Origin: Cercozoa sp. M6MM
Lineage: Eukaryota; Protista; Endomyxa: Ascetosporea
Length of the DNA: 64,000 bases
Strand: one strand, 5' to 3'
Assembly (NCBI GenBank): GCA_040357565.1
Contig: JBDODJ010000021.1
Part shown: piece by piece, positions 1-13,900 of the stretch
Layout of the letters: every line of letters begins with the position of its first letter
Position numbering within the stretch: position 1 is the first letter of the stretch
Program-made: the position numbers and the translations under genes
Notes under the pieces: generated by a model
Databases searched by the model: none
The model's input: the letters and a program-made list of their open reading frames with translations, nothing else
What the model was told of the DNA's origin: nothing

Positions 1-32
<32 letters not shown>

Positions 33-60
33 GCGCATCGTTTCCTGTTGCGCCCAAAGC

Positions 61-279
61 TTCGTTCGCGAAACTTCACTCGAAGTTCGCAAAGCTTCGC
101 CGAGTTTCGTAACCAAGCGGAGCGATTGCGTCGAAATTGCATTTGAATTTCGACAAAATTTTAGCGATTTTCTCGTAAAGTTTCATCATCTCGCAATTTC
201 AAATTGTTTTTGTTCCATTTTCAGTAAAGCGTATCAAAAATTTAGATTCGGCGATTTCGCATCAAGCGAAACGAACGAA
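61..279. mobile_element. MITE-like insertion in aconitase intron
   Basis: Terminal inverted TTCGTTCG (61-68) / CGAACGAA (272-279), flanked by direct AAGC (57-60, 280-283); interior rich in TTCG/CGAA; host intron far longer than neighbouring introns. Confidence 0.4.
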
Positions 280-292
280 AAGCCAAATGCAC

Positions 293-843
293 CTGGTTCT
301 CGGACCACTGGAGGATGTTATGCACATCCGCCTGCGAGATCGCGAAGTCGTCGCAGTTGCGCACTACACAGAAAAACAACTACACCAACGCCGTTTCATT
401 TAGCTACAACAAAGTACCAGCAGACTCAAGCAGCACACGGATCGACATCGGCAGCGAAGCGACCGAAGCGCCTGTTTTTTTTTTTTGTTTTGCAATTTTA
501 CAAGTAGGTCATGCGGCAGTGTCAAGCGAAACATACCGGCGTGCGAGATATCAAAGTACTTCTTGCCATTCGCAAGCGATCGCAGCGTCTGCGCGCGCAG
601 CGGCTGCACATCAAGGACAACACTTTAATTGTGAGAACAAAGCGCCCGACTGATCAAGTCAAAAAGCAAAAAGCAAAATGCAAAAAAAGAAAAATCCAGT
701 CACCGCGATGCGGGACTGAATTACAGTGCTGCGCACGTGCGCCACAACACGTGAAAACTTGTCAGACACGTGCGACACAGCATCACACTCAATCTAACCC
801 AAGGATTGCACAGCAAAAAACTCACATTCGAAAGCGACGACAT
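293..843 (-). CDS. ACO1: Aconitate hydratase, AcnA/IRP1 family, 5' part (continues left of window)
   Basis: Five GT-AG-joined exons from ATG 843 give MSSLSNFSRVVAHVRS...[47 protein letters not shown], matching the AcnA/IRP1 motif LPxSIRxLLESAxRNCD. Confidence 0.9.
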
Positions 844-1031
844 CGTGCACACTAGCCCGTGTATTCTGGCCAATACTCACACAACGGTCAGCCGTGCGTT
901 TCGGAATTCACCGCTCCTCAAGTCGACCGGCTTTAATCTTTTCGGACAAAGCGGGTCCGGGAATTCAAACTGATTTTTCGACTCGCAATACAGCACATGG
1001 ATGTGTGCTTGCGTGTGATTATACACCTTAA

Positions 1032-2498
1032 ATGAGTATCAAGGTACTTAAAAGCAATAGATTTCATATCAAGGATTATCGGTGAATTATGCAGGTGCTG
1101 CGCGAGATCACGAATCGGCTTCCGCCAGTGCGGTAGGAGACTCAAGGCCGTGTGCGCACTGTGGCTTGTTTACGTTTGTGTCTATAGGTACGCCGTAGGC
1201 TACGGTAGCGGTGTGTTCAGGCAGAGCGGGTACGAGAAACGGCAGTCGCCGCAAGTGGACTTGTTGCTTGTGAGCGATGACCCTGTGCAGTTCCATCGGT
1301 AGGTTTGTGGAAGGGGCATTGTGTGACACTAAAGTGTGTGTGCTTGATCGATGCCTCTGTAGAGAAGCACTGAATGACTCGACGTTGAAGGAGCACTACT
1401 CCTCCTTGGTGCAAGCGTGCAGGTATCTTGGGGCTTGGGTTGGTGCGAGTGTATGCTATGAGGACGCACTGCCTTGCAGCAACAATGAGAGCGCACTGAG
1501 GTGGCTCCAGCACAGTGGAACAGACGTATTTTTCAACAACAACTGTCGTCTGGGTGATCACTCGATCAAATATGGCGTGCTGTCCACCGAGTGTACATGC
1601 TTCAGTTTATCTTTTGATGTTTGATTTATTCCTCGTGCGTGTGCAGGTTTCCTGCGCGACCTGCTGACGTGGACTCCGTTTTGTGCGGCGCCACGTCTGC
1701 ACAAACCTGTCATTCTTGTGACTGGTACCTCTTCTCTCTGTACTTCTCTGTTTTTAACTAGAGACACATGAGACAGAAACGGAAGAACACACGGCCGAGT
1801 CTGAGTTCTTCCTACCTCCGGCCGACTTTGCCACCACGCTGTCGAATGAACCAGCCGAGCTCCTCCACATGTGCAATCCACAGACACATAGCATGGGTAA
1901 CTGTTGCCTTCTGTGTGTTAGATAAAATACGCAGATGTGTGTCCATACAGACCAGTTGCAAACGCTGATGTCTCTAAACCGTCTGATGGCCGCGTGCGTG
2001 GTGCGTGCTCGCAATCAACCCATTCCCTCTACAGTCGAGATGGATGAGTTCCTGCACCAAATCGTTGCTCTCAGGTGCACACATTCCGTGTATGTAAAGA
2101 GTGCACGAACCTTTTCTGTGCGTAGTTACGACGGCGATCTTCGCACAACAGTGGGTCTTGAAATGACCGACAAAACTCGCAATATTGTCAATGTATTGTC
2201 TTCCTTCGGTGAGTCTTTTTCGTCTACACTTTTGGCATAGGGTCAGTACGCGCACTTGGAACGAATCTACCGCCATCTTCTTCCATTTCTTGGCGGTGTT
2301 GTTGACGGAAGTACCATCACCTTCGAGAATGCTCACAGCGACCTCAGCATGGGCTTCACCGAGGAAGCACGCAGGAGGGCCGACACGATTCGCGTGCGCA
2401 ACCGTGAGGTGTCACTCCGTATGGCACTGAAGGGTTTGCTCACCACCGATCCGCTGACTTACGCGATGCAAAAGCTGCGCCGACGTCTGGGCAAGTAA
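1032..2498 (+). CDS. TAM41: Mitochondrial phosphatidate cytidylyltransferase Tam41/Mmp37
   Basis: Spliced product contains YAVGYGSGVFRQSG, VDLLLVSDDPVQFH, EHYSS, IKYGVLS, RLHKPV, SYDGDLR and KTRNIV in the Tam41 order; about 9 GT-AG introns; stop TAA at 2498. Confidence 0.9.
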
Positions 2499-2658
2499 AT
2501 GAGTGAAGCGAGCTGACGTTGGCGTATAGAACTGCGCTGAACGGACACAGAGCTGTTACGAAACGGTATTTTCCATCCGGCCAGTCAGATCTCTGGTGCT
2601 CCGTGCGGAAGAAAGCTATTCATTGAGCACTTTGAGAAGTGTGGTGTATTGTGTTTGT

Positions 2659-2775
2659 CTGGTACCCTGACCTCTCCGAGAGTGTTGCTAACCTCCTTAC
2701 CCTGTGTTTGGTAGACTGACCTCGAAAGAGCAAGACTTTGCTCCTTTCCTGAAAAGGCTCTCTACTCACCAGGTA
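2659..2775 (+). ncRNA. Candidate structured element, copy 1 of 2 (unknown family)
   Basis: Colinear homology with the reverse complement of 41763-41879: same 117-nt length, identical TACCCTGTGTTTGGTAGA, can fold back. Confidence 0.45.
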
Positions 2776-3174
2776 AAGCACCTCTCCAGGCTCCAGTCCT
2801 TGCACTCTCACGTAATCCCTGTTGCTGTCTTCCCAGCACAGAGAGCCTTTCTTTTTCTCCTTTACGTCCCTCCTTCTCCTTCCTTCCTTCTTCTGACTAC
2901 CGGGCCTCTCATCCTTCCCGACCAGTCTACTTCCTGTACTTTGCCGACCCTATCTTGGGGTAACTACATCTGAACTGACTACGTCTACTGACTCAATTCT
3001 TCTTCACATCGATTCCATTTGTTTCTTTACGTTTAGTCTTTTTTCCTGGCATAGTACTCTTTTGCACTACCAAAGCCTCAATTTCTGAAAGGCTGCGGTA
3101 ACAGAGCAGCTTGCGCTCACGTATCGTATACGTAGCCAACGCAACGCAACTAACGTAACCGAACGTAACTCACG

Positions 3175-3768
3175 TCAGAGACGCAATTCTTGATCGTGAT
3201 CAAGCAGCGCGCTTTTTACCGTATCCTTTTCTAACGAGGCCGCGCGTTTGCGTGTTAAGAACCGCTTCCCTGCGTATACAAATAGAAGTACCTCAAGTAG
3301 GATTTCTGTCGGATTACAAGTCGGAACGCATGAGTTAAACCCTTGGAGTGAAGCTTTTTCGCGGTCAATTTGATGCGGCGTACTCGGGGGGAAATTTGCT
3401 TCGTTTCTTTCTTCGCCCATAGGCCCTCTGTCAGCATTTTTAGGGTTTCCCGTCATCGGCCATGGTGTGTTGTTGATACAGCATTCAATACCTTTCACTC
3501 GATCATTGAAGCGCTTTGGTTTGTTTTTAACCTCAGCATCGATATCTTGAGTGGTTCTTTGTCCGTGAGCGACGCGCCCAAGGTCCTCAAGTTCGGCTTG
3601 AACGACGCTGCGAGTGCTGCTACTTTTTATCATGGTCGCTGCCAGAGGCTTTTCCGTAATTGCTTGTTCGTCAAAATCGCCTTTCACATCGAAGGTCATC
3701 GTCACCTGAGTAGCAGAGCACACGTAAGACAGCCCCTGCTTTCAATTTACTGCACCAGCACGTTTCAT
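3175..3768 (-). CDS. Hypothetical protein
   Basis: 182-codon open frame plus a possible short first exon (ATG 3768, intron 3706-3750); no recognisable motif. Confidence 0.3.
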
Positions 3769-4572
3769 TTTCTCTCAACTCAGAATCATACCGACAAACG
3801 CGGTCGATGACCCGGGCGTCGTTTTGGTGGAGAACTAGGTTCCATTCCTGTGTTACTGCTCTGCGTGTGGGCGTTACTCTCGCGTTTTAGAGGGACTTGG
3901 AACTCATCAGATCAAGCAATCCTTTCAACTGCCCGCGCGGAGGCGTAGAAAGTTTGGATCGTGGGGCTTCTCAAAAAATGTAGCCACATCACAAAGGGGA
4001 CGCTAAATGCCAATTAGACGAGATCAATGCCACTCAGCATCCCAGATCGTATCTCTAAAGGTCGATTTAGGCCAAAACTAAGAAAAACAATGGCAACTGA
4101 GTCGACGGAGCCTTTCGGCTTCAACTGAGTCGAAAGAGCACAACTTTTCTTTTGGGTATCGGTACCGTTTTGTGGGTTTGAGCTGCCCTGATATGGTACT
4201 CAGTATACGCTATAGCATGCCACACCACGTGTACGCTTGCTTGTGGCGTGTTTTAGCAATGAAGAAGCGTTTTTCCTGAGAACAGCCGCGCTTAGAGCTT
4301 GGAACAAATGAAGAAAACCGGAAAAATCGCGTGAGCGCCGAGACCTGGAAATTCGAGGTAAAGGTTCAGGTTTCAGCGCCAAACTCGTTTTGTCGCCTTT
4401 CGGTCCCCTACACGCCTGATTTTGCACGGTGTGTGCTAACAGCACTACGCTGAGCGCTCTAAGCCCACGAACTCGGCTCGGTAGCACCGGTTGTCCGTTT
4501 TCGAAACTCGAGATTCTCCGCCCAGAAAACTGTCGTTCGGTGGCCCAGGAAGTTCCTTTCGTCAATTTGAAG

Positions 4573-5945
<1,373 letters not shown>

Positions 5946-6253
5946 CAGGACGCGCATGCAACTTCGTCGGCCTTGCCGCCCAGCGGCAAGTTCGCCGGCT
6001 CTTGCATGCCTGTTTCTTCCCCTTCGACAGAGTGGCCTCTCTGCCAGTGGCCTCGGTCTCGTGCTGCCTTCCCGCCTCGATTGCTCTCGACAGTATTAAT
6101 GGATAAGCGCGTACGTAGCTACAACACTATATACGACATAGCTTACTCGGACTACGCGACGCTATCAGTATGCGGTATACTTACGATGGCGCTAGCTACG
6201 GCTCAGCCACTTACTATGGTACGTACGCAAAGGTGGAGCAGCGGTCGGGGAGG

Positions 6254-7616
6254 TTAGAACATGCTGCCAGAGTAGCCGCGTGCTTCGCTCAGCTTGCTTG
6301 CAAGAGAGGTCGGCAAGAAGAGCGTGACGTGCGACTTGTCCGAGTCGTACGGCACGGTGAGTTCGAGCTGGCCCTTGTTCTTGCCGACACGGACTTCCTT
6401 GGACTCGTATACCGTGATGTTCCAGGCAAAGACACCGTCATCGTCGTACTCGACCTGTCACTCGAAAGAGTCCAAACAGTAAAGTCAGCAGTTGTTGAGT
6501 GTTTAAACAGTCAAGCGAAGTGTTACTCCAGGCAGCGACTTGCCAATAGTTTCCTCGTTCTGTCAAAATAAAGCAACTAAACAGCATAGCTCAGGTCATA
6601 GAAGCAACGGTACCACGAAGAACTGAATGTACTCCTTAGGCTTAACGCAGATGCTGTTTACGAAACAAAACACAAACTTTCTCAACAAAGAAACATAAGA
6701 AAAAATATTGGTTACGTCAGCTCACGAACAGGACGCACATGACCGTCATATTGCACCTTCATTCCTTTCTAGGCAAGGCAAACACATCGTGACAGATACT
6801 GTGAGACAGTGAACAAGACAAGGTACCGGCACGTCGAATAGGAAACTCTTCTTTCGTCGTGTGGCGGCCTTCTTTCGCTGAACTGCTCTTTTCGTGGCAC
6901 TCACAACACTCACCTGAGTGCTCTGTCGGTGAAACAACTTCGCAGAGACAAAGTAAGTCAAAAAGCAAAAGGAAAGAAGCACCTTGCCGCCACCTCCTCG
7001 TTTCGACCGACGGACCGACGACTTGGACTCTTCAGTCTGCATACTTTCGTTCTCGTCCTCGTCGTCATCATCCTCCTTCTGCAGCAACGGCTCGCGCTCT
7101 TCGGCATTGTCAAAGTTGCCCCACTGTGTTGGTCTGGATAAACAAAGCACATGAAAGCACTCAAAGGACGGAGAGCTTTTTCTGTTTGTACAGGGGCAGA
7201 GGAGGCATGGCATGCCCATTCTCGGGCTGCTCGGTTGACTGGACAGACGGAGCAACAGACTCATTGGGTGTTGCAATCTGCTCCTGTGATGTAGCCTGAG
7301 TTTCCGGTTGACTGATCGGTTGTTCGTCCGCTCGGTCGGGGACTAGACTGGTGACCGGAGAAGTGACTTGACTCGCGACCGCAACAACGGCCTGGTCAGT
7401 GACCGGAACAGCTGCTGGCGGAGTGACCTGGGCAGTGATTTGAGCAGTGACTTGGGCAGCAACTGGCACATTGCTCTCTGTCGTGTCAACAGCTTCAGCC
7501 GGCTGCTGAGGCAGCTCACTTGCACCGGCCTGCACCGCCAGCACTGGCTCTGACTGAACTGGTTCCATCTGCGCCTGTTCCGCTGCATCTGCTGCCACTG
7601 CCGGCACGACGTCCAT
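6254..7616 (-). CDS. Hypothetical protein with low-complexity Ala/Gln/Pro/Val N-terminus
   Basis: ATG 7616, GT-AG-bounded GC-rich exons, last exon ends ...RGYSGSMF TAA. Confidence 0.55.
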
Positions 7617-7876
7617 CCTGGATCTGGAAAACAAAAGCCAAAAATGCTGGTCCCAAATATAACGAGTCTAAAGTCCCGGAGTCCTAGCACTCACATACCA
7701 ACCTTTACACCAGGCCTTGTACGTGCACGTATACTGGATGCTCCTACTGTACAATGCGCTGTCTGGCCGCACACCTAATGATTTGATTCTAAGTATTGTT
7801 TGCAACGACGGCTCTTCTAAACTGTGCGGAGGCGTGTTGCTACTCTGCTGTAACTACTGTCTAGTGCATTGAGGGA

Positions 7877-8645
7877 ATGCTGGGCCGTGTTGTGCGTGCA
7901 TCGCAAGGGGCCAATGAATCGTTTGCAATGCTCACCGGCCTGAGCGAGTTCTTGTCGGCTCAGTCGACCGCAAAGCGCGGCGATTTCGACGCCGCGAAGC
8001 GCGAGCTGAAACGCGTCACCGAAATTGTCGGCTTTGACGTGAATCTCTCGGCGCTGTCGCAGCTGCAGACCGCCGAACTTGCACGTGCACGAGGACGCTA
8101 CTCAGAGGCGCTCCAACACACGCGTGCTGCTGCCGAAAGCAGTTTGAACAATGGGACTTTGCCCTTTCTCAAACGTTTAGTTCTTCGCAAGTTGCTGTTG
8201 CACGCTGTTCGCACCGGTGATCGCGATGTGCGTTTCTTCATCAAGTTGCTTGTTGTTGGCAAAACTACGTTTGACTTTAGATCTTGTCGGAAGCACGGCT
8301 TGACGAACTTAAAGCCATTGCAAAGAAACTTTCTGACAGTGTAGACTCTCTTTTTGGCAGTTTGGCTTTGTCGTGGTTTTTGACTTCAGTTTGTCTTCTC
8401 AACTGGTGAATTGAGTGCTGCACAGGAGCAGGAAGCTGCCGAGCTGAGTGCGGTGAGGTGGCTCGCACGCGGTGCACCCAGTGATCTCGATTTCTGCCAC
8501 GAATTTGGCGACGCGAGTGCTCTGTGGCAGTCCTGGGCTCTCGAAGTGAGAGGCGACATTGCAGCGGCAGCAAAGTTTGCATGCGATAGCGTCGACAAGT
8601 TGCAACACACTGATGTATCTTTGCTGTTTTGCATATTGACAGAAC

Positions 8646-8694
<49 letters not shown>

Positions 8695-8704
8695 NNNNNN
8701 NNNN

Positions 8705-8753
<49 letters not shown>

Positions 8754-9432
8754 ACGTACACGTACACGTACACGTACACGTACACGTGTGTGTGTGTGTA
8801 GTTCGAGACTGATGCGAGAGTGCAAGCAGGCAGGTTGCAGCTTTTGCTTCCGGAGCCGGACTTGAACTTGTCGCGAGAGCACATGGACAAAGCACTCGAG
8901 TCGATCGATCAGTTGGCCGGAGAAGACGAAGAGAGCTTGACTAACAAATCAATTCGCCGCGACAGTGCGCTGCTTCACGTGTCGGCGCCGCTGTGCATCG
9001 CCAGTGGCGATGGTGTCACTGCTGAAGGCATTCTTCGCAAACTGGGCAGACAAGCCGAGTACAGGTACCAGCTTTTTGTTTTTAAAGTCCATATCGTGCT
9101 TGAACCTGGTAAAATGTAGCGTGTGCGACAATCTTCGCATGCAGTTGCACGTGGACACACTGGATGCGCACATTTCCCTGTTGCAAAAACTCAGTTTCAA
9201 CGAGCGCTCGCGTGCGGATGAAGGCTTGCCACTTCGCGCCGAGATCTCGCGCATCCTCGCCTTGAACGTCAAGCAGCCGAGCGAAGCACCGGCCGACGCG
9301 TGGCCTGAGCTGCGAGTCTCGTCGTGGACGCCGCGTCGCCTCGCCTCATTGACAGCCAACGCCGGCAAGGACACCAACGTGTGGCCCGAATATCATGTTG
9401 TGCAGCTCGACACGATGCACATCCTGCAGTGA
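7877..9432 (+). CDS. Hypothetical alpha-helical (TPR-like) protein
   Basis: Multi-exon frame MLGRVVRAS...AELARARGRYSEALQH...DTMHILQ TGA; TPR resemblance by eye only. Confidence 0.55.
8648..8799 (+). repeat. (TG)n and (GTACAC)n microsatellite in an intron
   Basis: Seen directly, with a 10-N gap; similar CA/TG tracts at 1-32, 10627-10745, 17653-17768, 24698-24775 and 58787-58848. Confidence 0.95.
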
Positions 9433-9713
9433 CCTCCTCGGCCGTTGCATGAAAAGCGATTTTTTAGCGTAGCTTAGAACCAAAATCCACCGGCGCTCCG
9501 GCCGATTTGCTATTGTTAGAAGAACAAGCGTGCACATGTCTGAGTAAAGCCCAGAAATGCTCTGTGCAGCGAAAATAGGCGCGAAAAATGACCAAAAAGC
9601 CGAAAAGGGATTTTCTGTTTTCGTTTTGGTCCAGAAACAGAACAGACCTGAGCCGCGGACGAGAGAACCGCGCGGAAGGGTCAACTTCGAGCTCCTGCTT
9701 CCGAGTCGTGTTG

Positions 9714-10619
9714 ATGAAACTCGGCACAGAGCAAGGTGTCCGTGCTACCAGCGTTGCGGATGGCAGCACACCCTCTGATGGTATGTGAACGTGCGCCGAG
9801 CAGTGTATTTATTGTATACTGAAAGGAGATTTATCGCACGCGATGTTTGGTCCAGATCGCGAACACGATCTTTCTTCTTCTACTAGTTCACGTTCAAGCA
9901 GACCGATGTATTCCGGAGTCGCTCATTCGGCACTCACTATATCCAGTGACATTGATTTAAAGATTGGATCGACAGGACTCTGGCTCTCGATTGATGTATG
10001 TACATTATAAATTGTATATCATGTGCATACAGACTTACATTTTATTTGGCTTTCAATGATGTAAGTTTAGATCGGAGTTGACGTCGTGGCCACAGTGCTT
10101 GAGGAAGCATTAGGTATATTTAATTTAGAGTGTTGAAAACAGGATGCCGGCGACAGCTTAATATTGCGGCAGGTTTTCGAGTTGAAAGAGTGGCCACAAA
10201 CAAAGAACTATACGCATATCCGGCAGGGACATTTCTTCAGGTCATAAATGGGTATCGCCCTCTGTTCGGAGGAGACATTTTTTAATGGCCGTATTATCCC
10301 TGATCGTGTAGAGATTACGACATCAGTGTTGAAGTTTGGAAGCAGGTGCGTGGATGACTCTTAATAAACAATATAAGTTTACTGTGCTTTACATGTCATG
10401 TCGAAATAGGACAATCCTGGAAAACTGCAAAAATATGTCTTTGAGGAAGCGAAACTCGACTTTTCCAGTTTGGTAAACTCAGCTTTTCCGGTTTCATAAA
10501 AATATGCCAGTTTGAGCATTTTTAATTTTCAATACATTCTGATATTTAGGGGTTTTTGGGAAGCAACGGGCTATATTTTCCTTCACATCTTGACGCAAGT
10601 TTCCCCGAGTTGTTTCTCG
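9714..10619 (+). CDS. Protein with OpuAC/ProX-like (glycine betaine-binding) domain, partial, cut by assembly gap
   Basis: Spliced exons give IGSTGLWLSIDIGVDVVATVLEEALGFRVERV...FLQVINGDYDISVEVWKQ...LGFLGSNGLYFP, resembling the OpuAC pattern W.S...VA..LEE.LG..VE / G..D...EVW / LG..G..G.Y.P. Confidence 0.55.
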
Positions 10620-10634
10620 GTATTAACACACACA

Positions 10635-10676
<42 letters not shown>

Positions 10677-10695
10677 TCACACACACACACACACA

Positions 10696-10745
<50 letters not shown>

Positions 10746-10845
10746 NNNNNNNNNNNNNNNNNNNNNNNNNNNNNNNNNNNNNNNNNNNNNNNNNNNNNNN
10801 NNNNNNNNNNNNNNNNNNNNNNNNNNNNNNNNNNNNNNNNNNNNN
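10746..10845. other. 100-N scaffold gap (others at 21198-21297 and 51194-51293)
   Basis: N runs abutting poly-G or (CA)n tracts within introns; true length unknown. Confidence 0.95.
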
Positions 10846-10953
10846 GGGGGGGGGGGTTAAGGGGTAAAGGTTAAAAGGGTAAAGAGATGTAAGGGAATAA
10901 TGGGGGTTAAAGGGGTAAAGAGATAATAAAAGGGGTATATGTGCGCACTGTAG

Positions 10954-13900
10954 GGACCTCTGTACATGGACGAACATGGAGGACGAGTTGACTCAGTTGC
11001 CGCTGGGCAACACTCCTGGACTGCTGGGAGCTTCGTCGTAGTTTTACCCCCCCCCCCCTACCCCCTATTTACCTTGTTTAACCCCTATTTCACCCCATGC
11101 TTACCTCCCTTAGAAAAAACTTTCGACTGGTGCCGATAGACGCGCGGAGGCGAGTTGGCGCAGGTCAGGCTTTGTCAGGTCGGACACCGGTCGACCCGCG
11201 AACTGGCATGGTAAAGTCTACAACCCCTTTACCCCCCCCCCCCCCGTGGCGCCCGACTAGGAACCTTCGCCCCTGTTTACCCCCCCCTCCTGTTTAACCC
11301 TCCCCCAGTCGCTGCGAGTGCGGTCGTTTTACCACGTGGAGGGCGAGCGGCACCGCGTCGAATGTCGCCGGCAGAACGACATGCAGCCGCGCTCGTGGAT
11401 GAGAAGGTGCGGTGTTTACCCCCCTCCGTTTACCCCCCTGTTTACCCCTCTGTTTACCCCTCTGTTTACTCCCTGTTTACCTCCTGTTTACCCCCTGTTT
11501 GCCCCCTGTTTACCCCCTGTTTACCCCCCCCCCCCCCCCCTGTTTACCACCCTACAGGTGCGGCACACTGGGCAAGGCAGTGGACGAGGGCAGAGCACTG
11601 GCACGCGGCGACTGCACGGTCTGCGTGTTGGCCGACCTGCTGGACTCTGTGGGAGGGGCACAGACTGTCGGCGACGGTGACACCAAGGTGTTTTACCCTC
11701 CCCTGTTTACTCCCCTATTTAGCCCGCTGTTTAACCTTATACCCTCCCGTAAGACAGGGATGTCCACCGCGCGTGTTTGTCGGACAGCAGTGCGAACTGC
11801 GTTGTGGCGACAAATCCTTCTTTGTACCCCCTGTTTACCCCCCTGTTTACCCCCCCCCCCATTCACCCCTCCCCTTGCAGGCGACGTGTCGGTTCCGGCG
11901 AGTGTCGGGGCGAGTGGTGCCGTCACAGGGCGAGTGGCAACTGCCGACGGGTGCTGCCGCCATGTGCACCGGTCTGTGCGATCCCGAGACCATCTATCAG
12001 TACCTACAGGTAGCACTCGGGGTATACAGGAGGATAAGCAGGGGGGTAAACAGGGGGGTAAACAGGGGGGTAAACAGGGGGTAAAAGTGCACACGCAGGT
12101 GCGCGACGAGCACGAGCTGCGCGACGGACTGACGGTGCGCAGCGACACGGACCTGTGCTGGAAACGTCGGTCCAAAGTCGGCTCAGTATTCCGCCCACAA
12201 GTACCATTTGGTCCAATTGTAGCCATCTTGTTATTGTAGCCACAACACTCTCTTAATTTTTGGATGTTTAAGGGAGTGTTGTTGAACGGCGGCACTCAGT
12301 GCAGTGTGCGGTGTCCTTCGCCTCGATCAGTAGTTTTACCCCCCCTTCTTTACCCCCTGTTTACCCCCCTATTTACCCTGTTTACCTGCTATTCACCCTG
12401 TTTACCCCCTGTTTACTCCCCCCCTGTTTACCCGCTATTCACCCTGTTTACCCCCTTGTTTACCCCCAGTTTACTCCTATACCCCCGAACAGGGCGCAGG
12501 TTTGCTGTTTGGCTTTCGGCGCGGCAGTACGACGCTGACGGCCGAAAGGGACAATCGCTTCGTCTGCAATGAAAGGTTGCTTTGCTTGCTTTTAGCCCCC
12601 TGTTTAACTCCGTGTTTACCCCCCTGTTTACCCCCCTGTTTACCCCCCTGTTTACCTCCCTGTTTACCTTCCTGTTTACCCCCCTGTTCACCCCCTTGTT
12701 TACCCCCTGTTTACCCCTGTTTACCTTCCTGTTTAACTCCCGGTTTACCCCCCCCCCCGTTTACTCCCCTGTTTACCCTTTGTATCCCCCTGTTTACCCC
12801 CCTGTTTACCCTTTGTTTCCCCCTGATTACCCCCTTGTTTACCCTTTGTTGAACCCCCCAACCAGGTACGCACCGCGTTTCGTGCCGCAAGACGACGGTT
12901 CGTTTTTATCGCGCTGCAATTTTGAGTGCGTTCGCTCGTCGCTGCTCAAGGTTTTTTACCCCCCTTTACCCCCTTACACCTCCCTTTACCCTCTTTACCC
13001 CTTTACCCCCGCCTCACCCCCTTTACTCCCTTTACCCCCTTTAACCCCCTCTTACCCCCTTTTACCCCCACCCCCTTTACCCCTTTACCCCCCTCTACCC
13101 CCTTTACCCCCTTTACCTCCCTTTTACCCCCCTACCCCTTACCCCCCCTTACCCCCTTACCCCCACCACCCCCCTTTACCCCTTTTACCCTCCCCTTTGC
13201 CCCCTTTACCCCCTTTACCCCCCTTTACCCCCCTTTACCGCCTGTTTACCCCCTTTTCACCCCCTCCCCCGTTTCCCCCCTTTTCACTCTCCCCCGTTTC
13301 CCCCTGTTACCCCCCCCCCGTTTACCCAGGTGAACAGTTTCGCAACACCGTCGTGGCCGGATGTGTCGTTTCTGCCGAACGTGCTGGGTCAGTCGCGGTA
13401 TCCGGTGGGAACTCGCGTGCGCGTGTTCTGCGACTTTGAGGCTCGGAGTATCGACTACGTGTGCAAGCAACTCGACCCGGTTCCAGTTCTGGGCACAGGT
13501 TTTACCCCCTCCTTTACTACCCACCTGTTTACCCCCCTATTTACCTCCCCATCTGCATCCCTGTTTACCTTCTTGTTTACCCCTTGTTTAGCCCCCTGTT
13601 TACCCCCCTGTTTACCCCCTGTTTCCCACCTCCTTGGCAGGAGGAATGGTGGGCATAGCGCCGTTGGCTGGCAGAGGCGTCGACTGGGAGCCTCAACGAC
13701 GACCGGCGCAGTTCGAGGGTCTGCAGAATCTCGACTTGAACGAGGCGAGGCCGTGTGATGGGCCTGCTGTAGTTTACCCCCCTCCCGTTTACCCCTGTTT
13801 ACCCCTCCCCGTTTACCCCCTGTTTACCCCCTTACCCCCTCCCAGGTGGCATGCTTGCGATCGGAGTTGGAGTCGATCGAACCGTTCGGCGAAGCGCGTT

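Noticed and set aside
1415-1450. RYLGAWVG resembling a retrotransposon RT motif
   Set aside because: Lies in a TAM41 intron read in frame.
2238-2240. Apparent in-frame TAG in TAM41 suggesting stop-codon reassignment
   Set aside because: It is the acceptor of a 48-nt intron (2193-2240); TAA, TAG and TGA all terminate conserved genes in this window.
2696-2714. IRE-like hairpin (C, 5 nt, CUGUGU loop) near an IRP1-family aconitase
   Set aside because: The loop is 8 nt rather than 6, not CAGUGN, and the lower stem is poor.
2716-2753. SECIS-like spacing UGAC-N11-AA-N16-UGAA downstream of TAM41
   Set aside because: No in-frame TGA found in TAM41, the base before UGA is C, and the spacing is not kept in the second copy.
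11362-13439. Long Pro-rich and HT/CV-repeat ORFs in the track
   Set aside because: Translations through intronic C-rich and CA repeats that lack stop codons.
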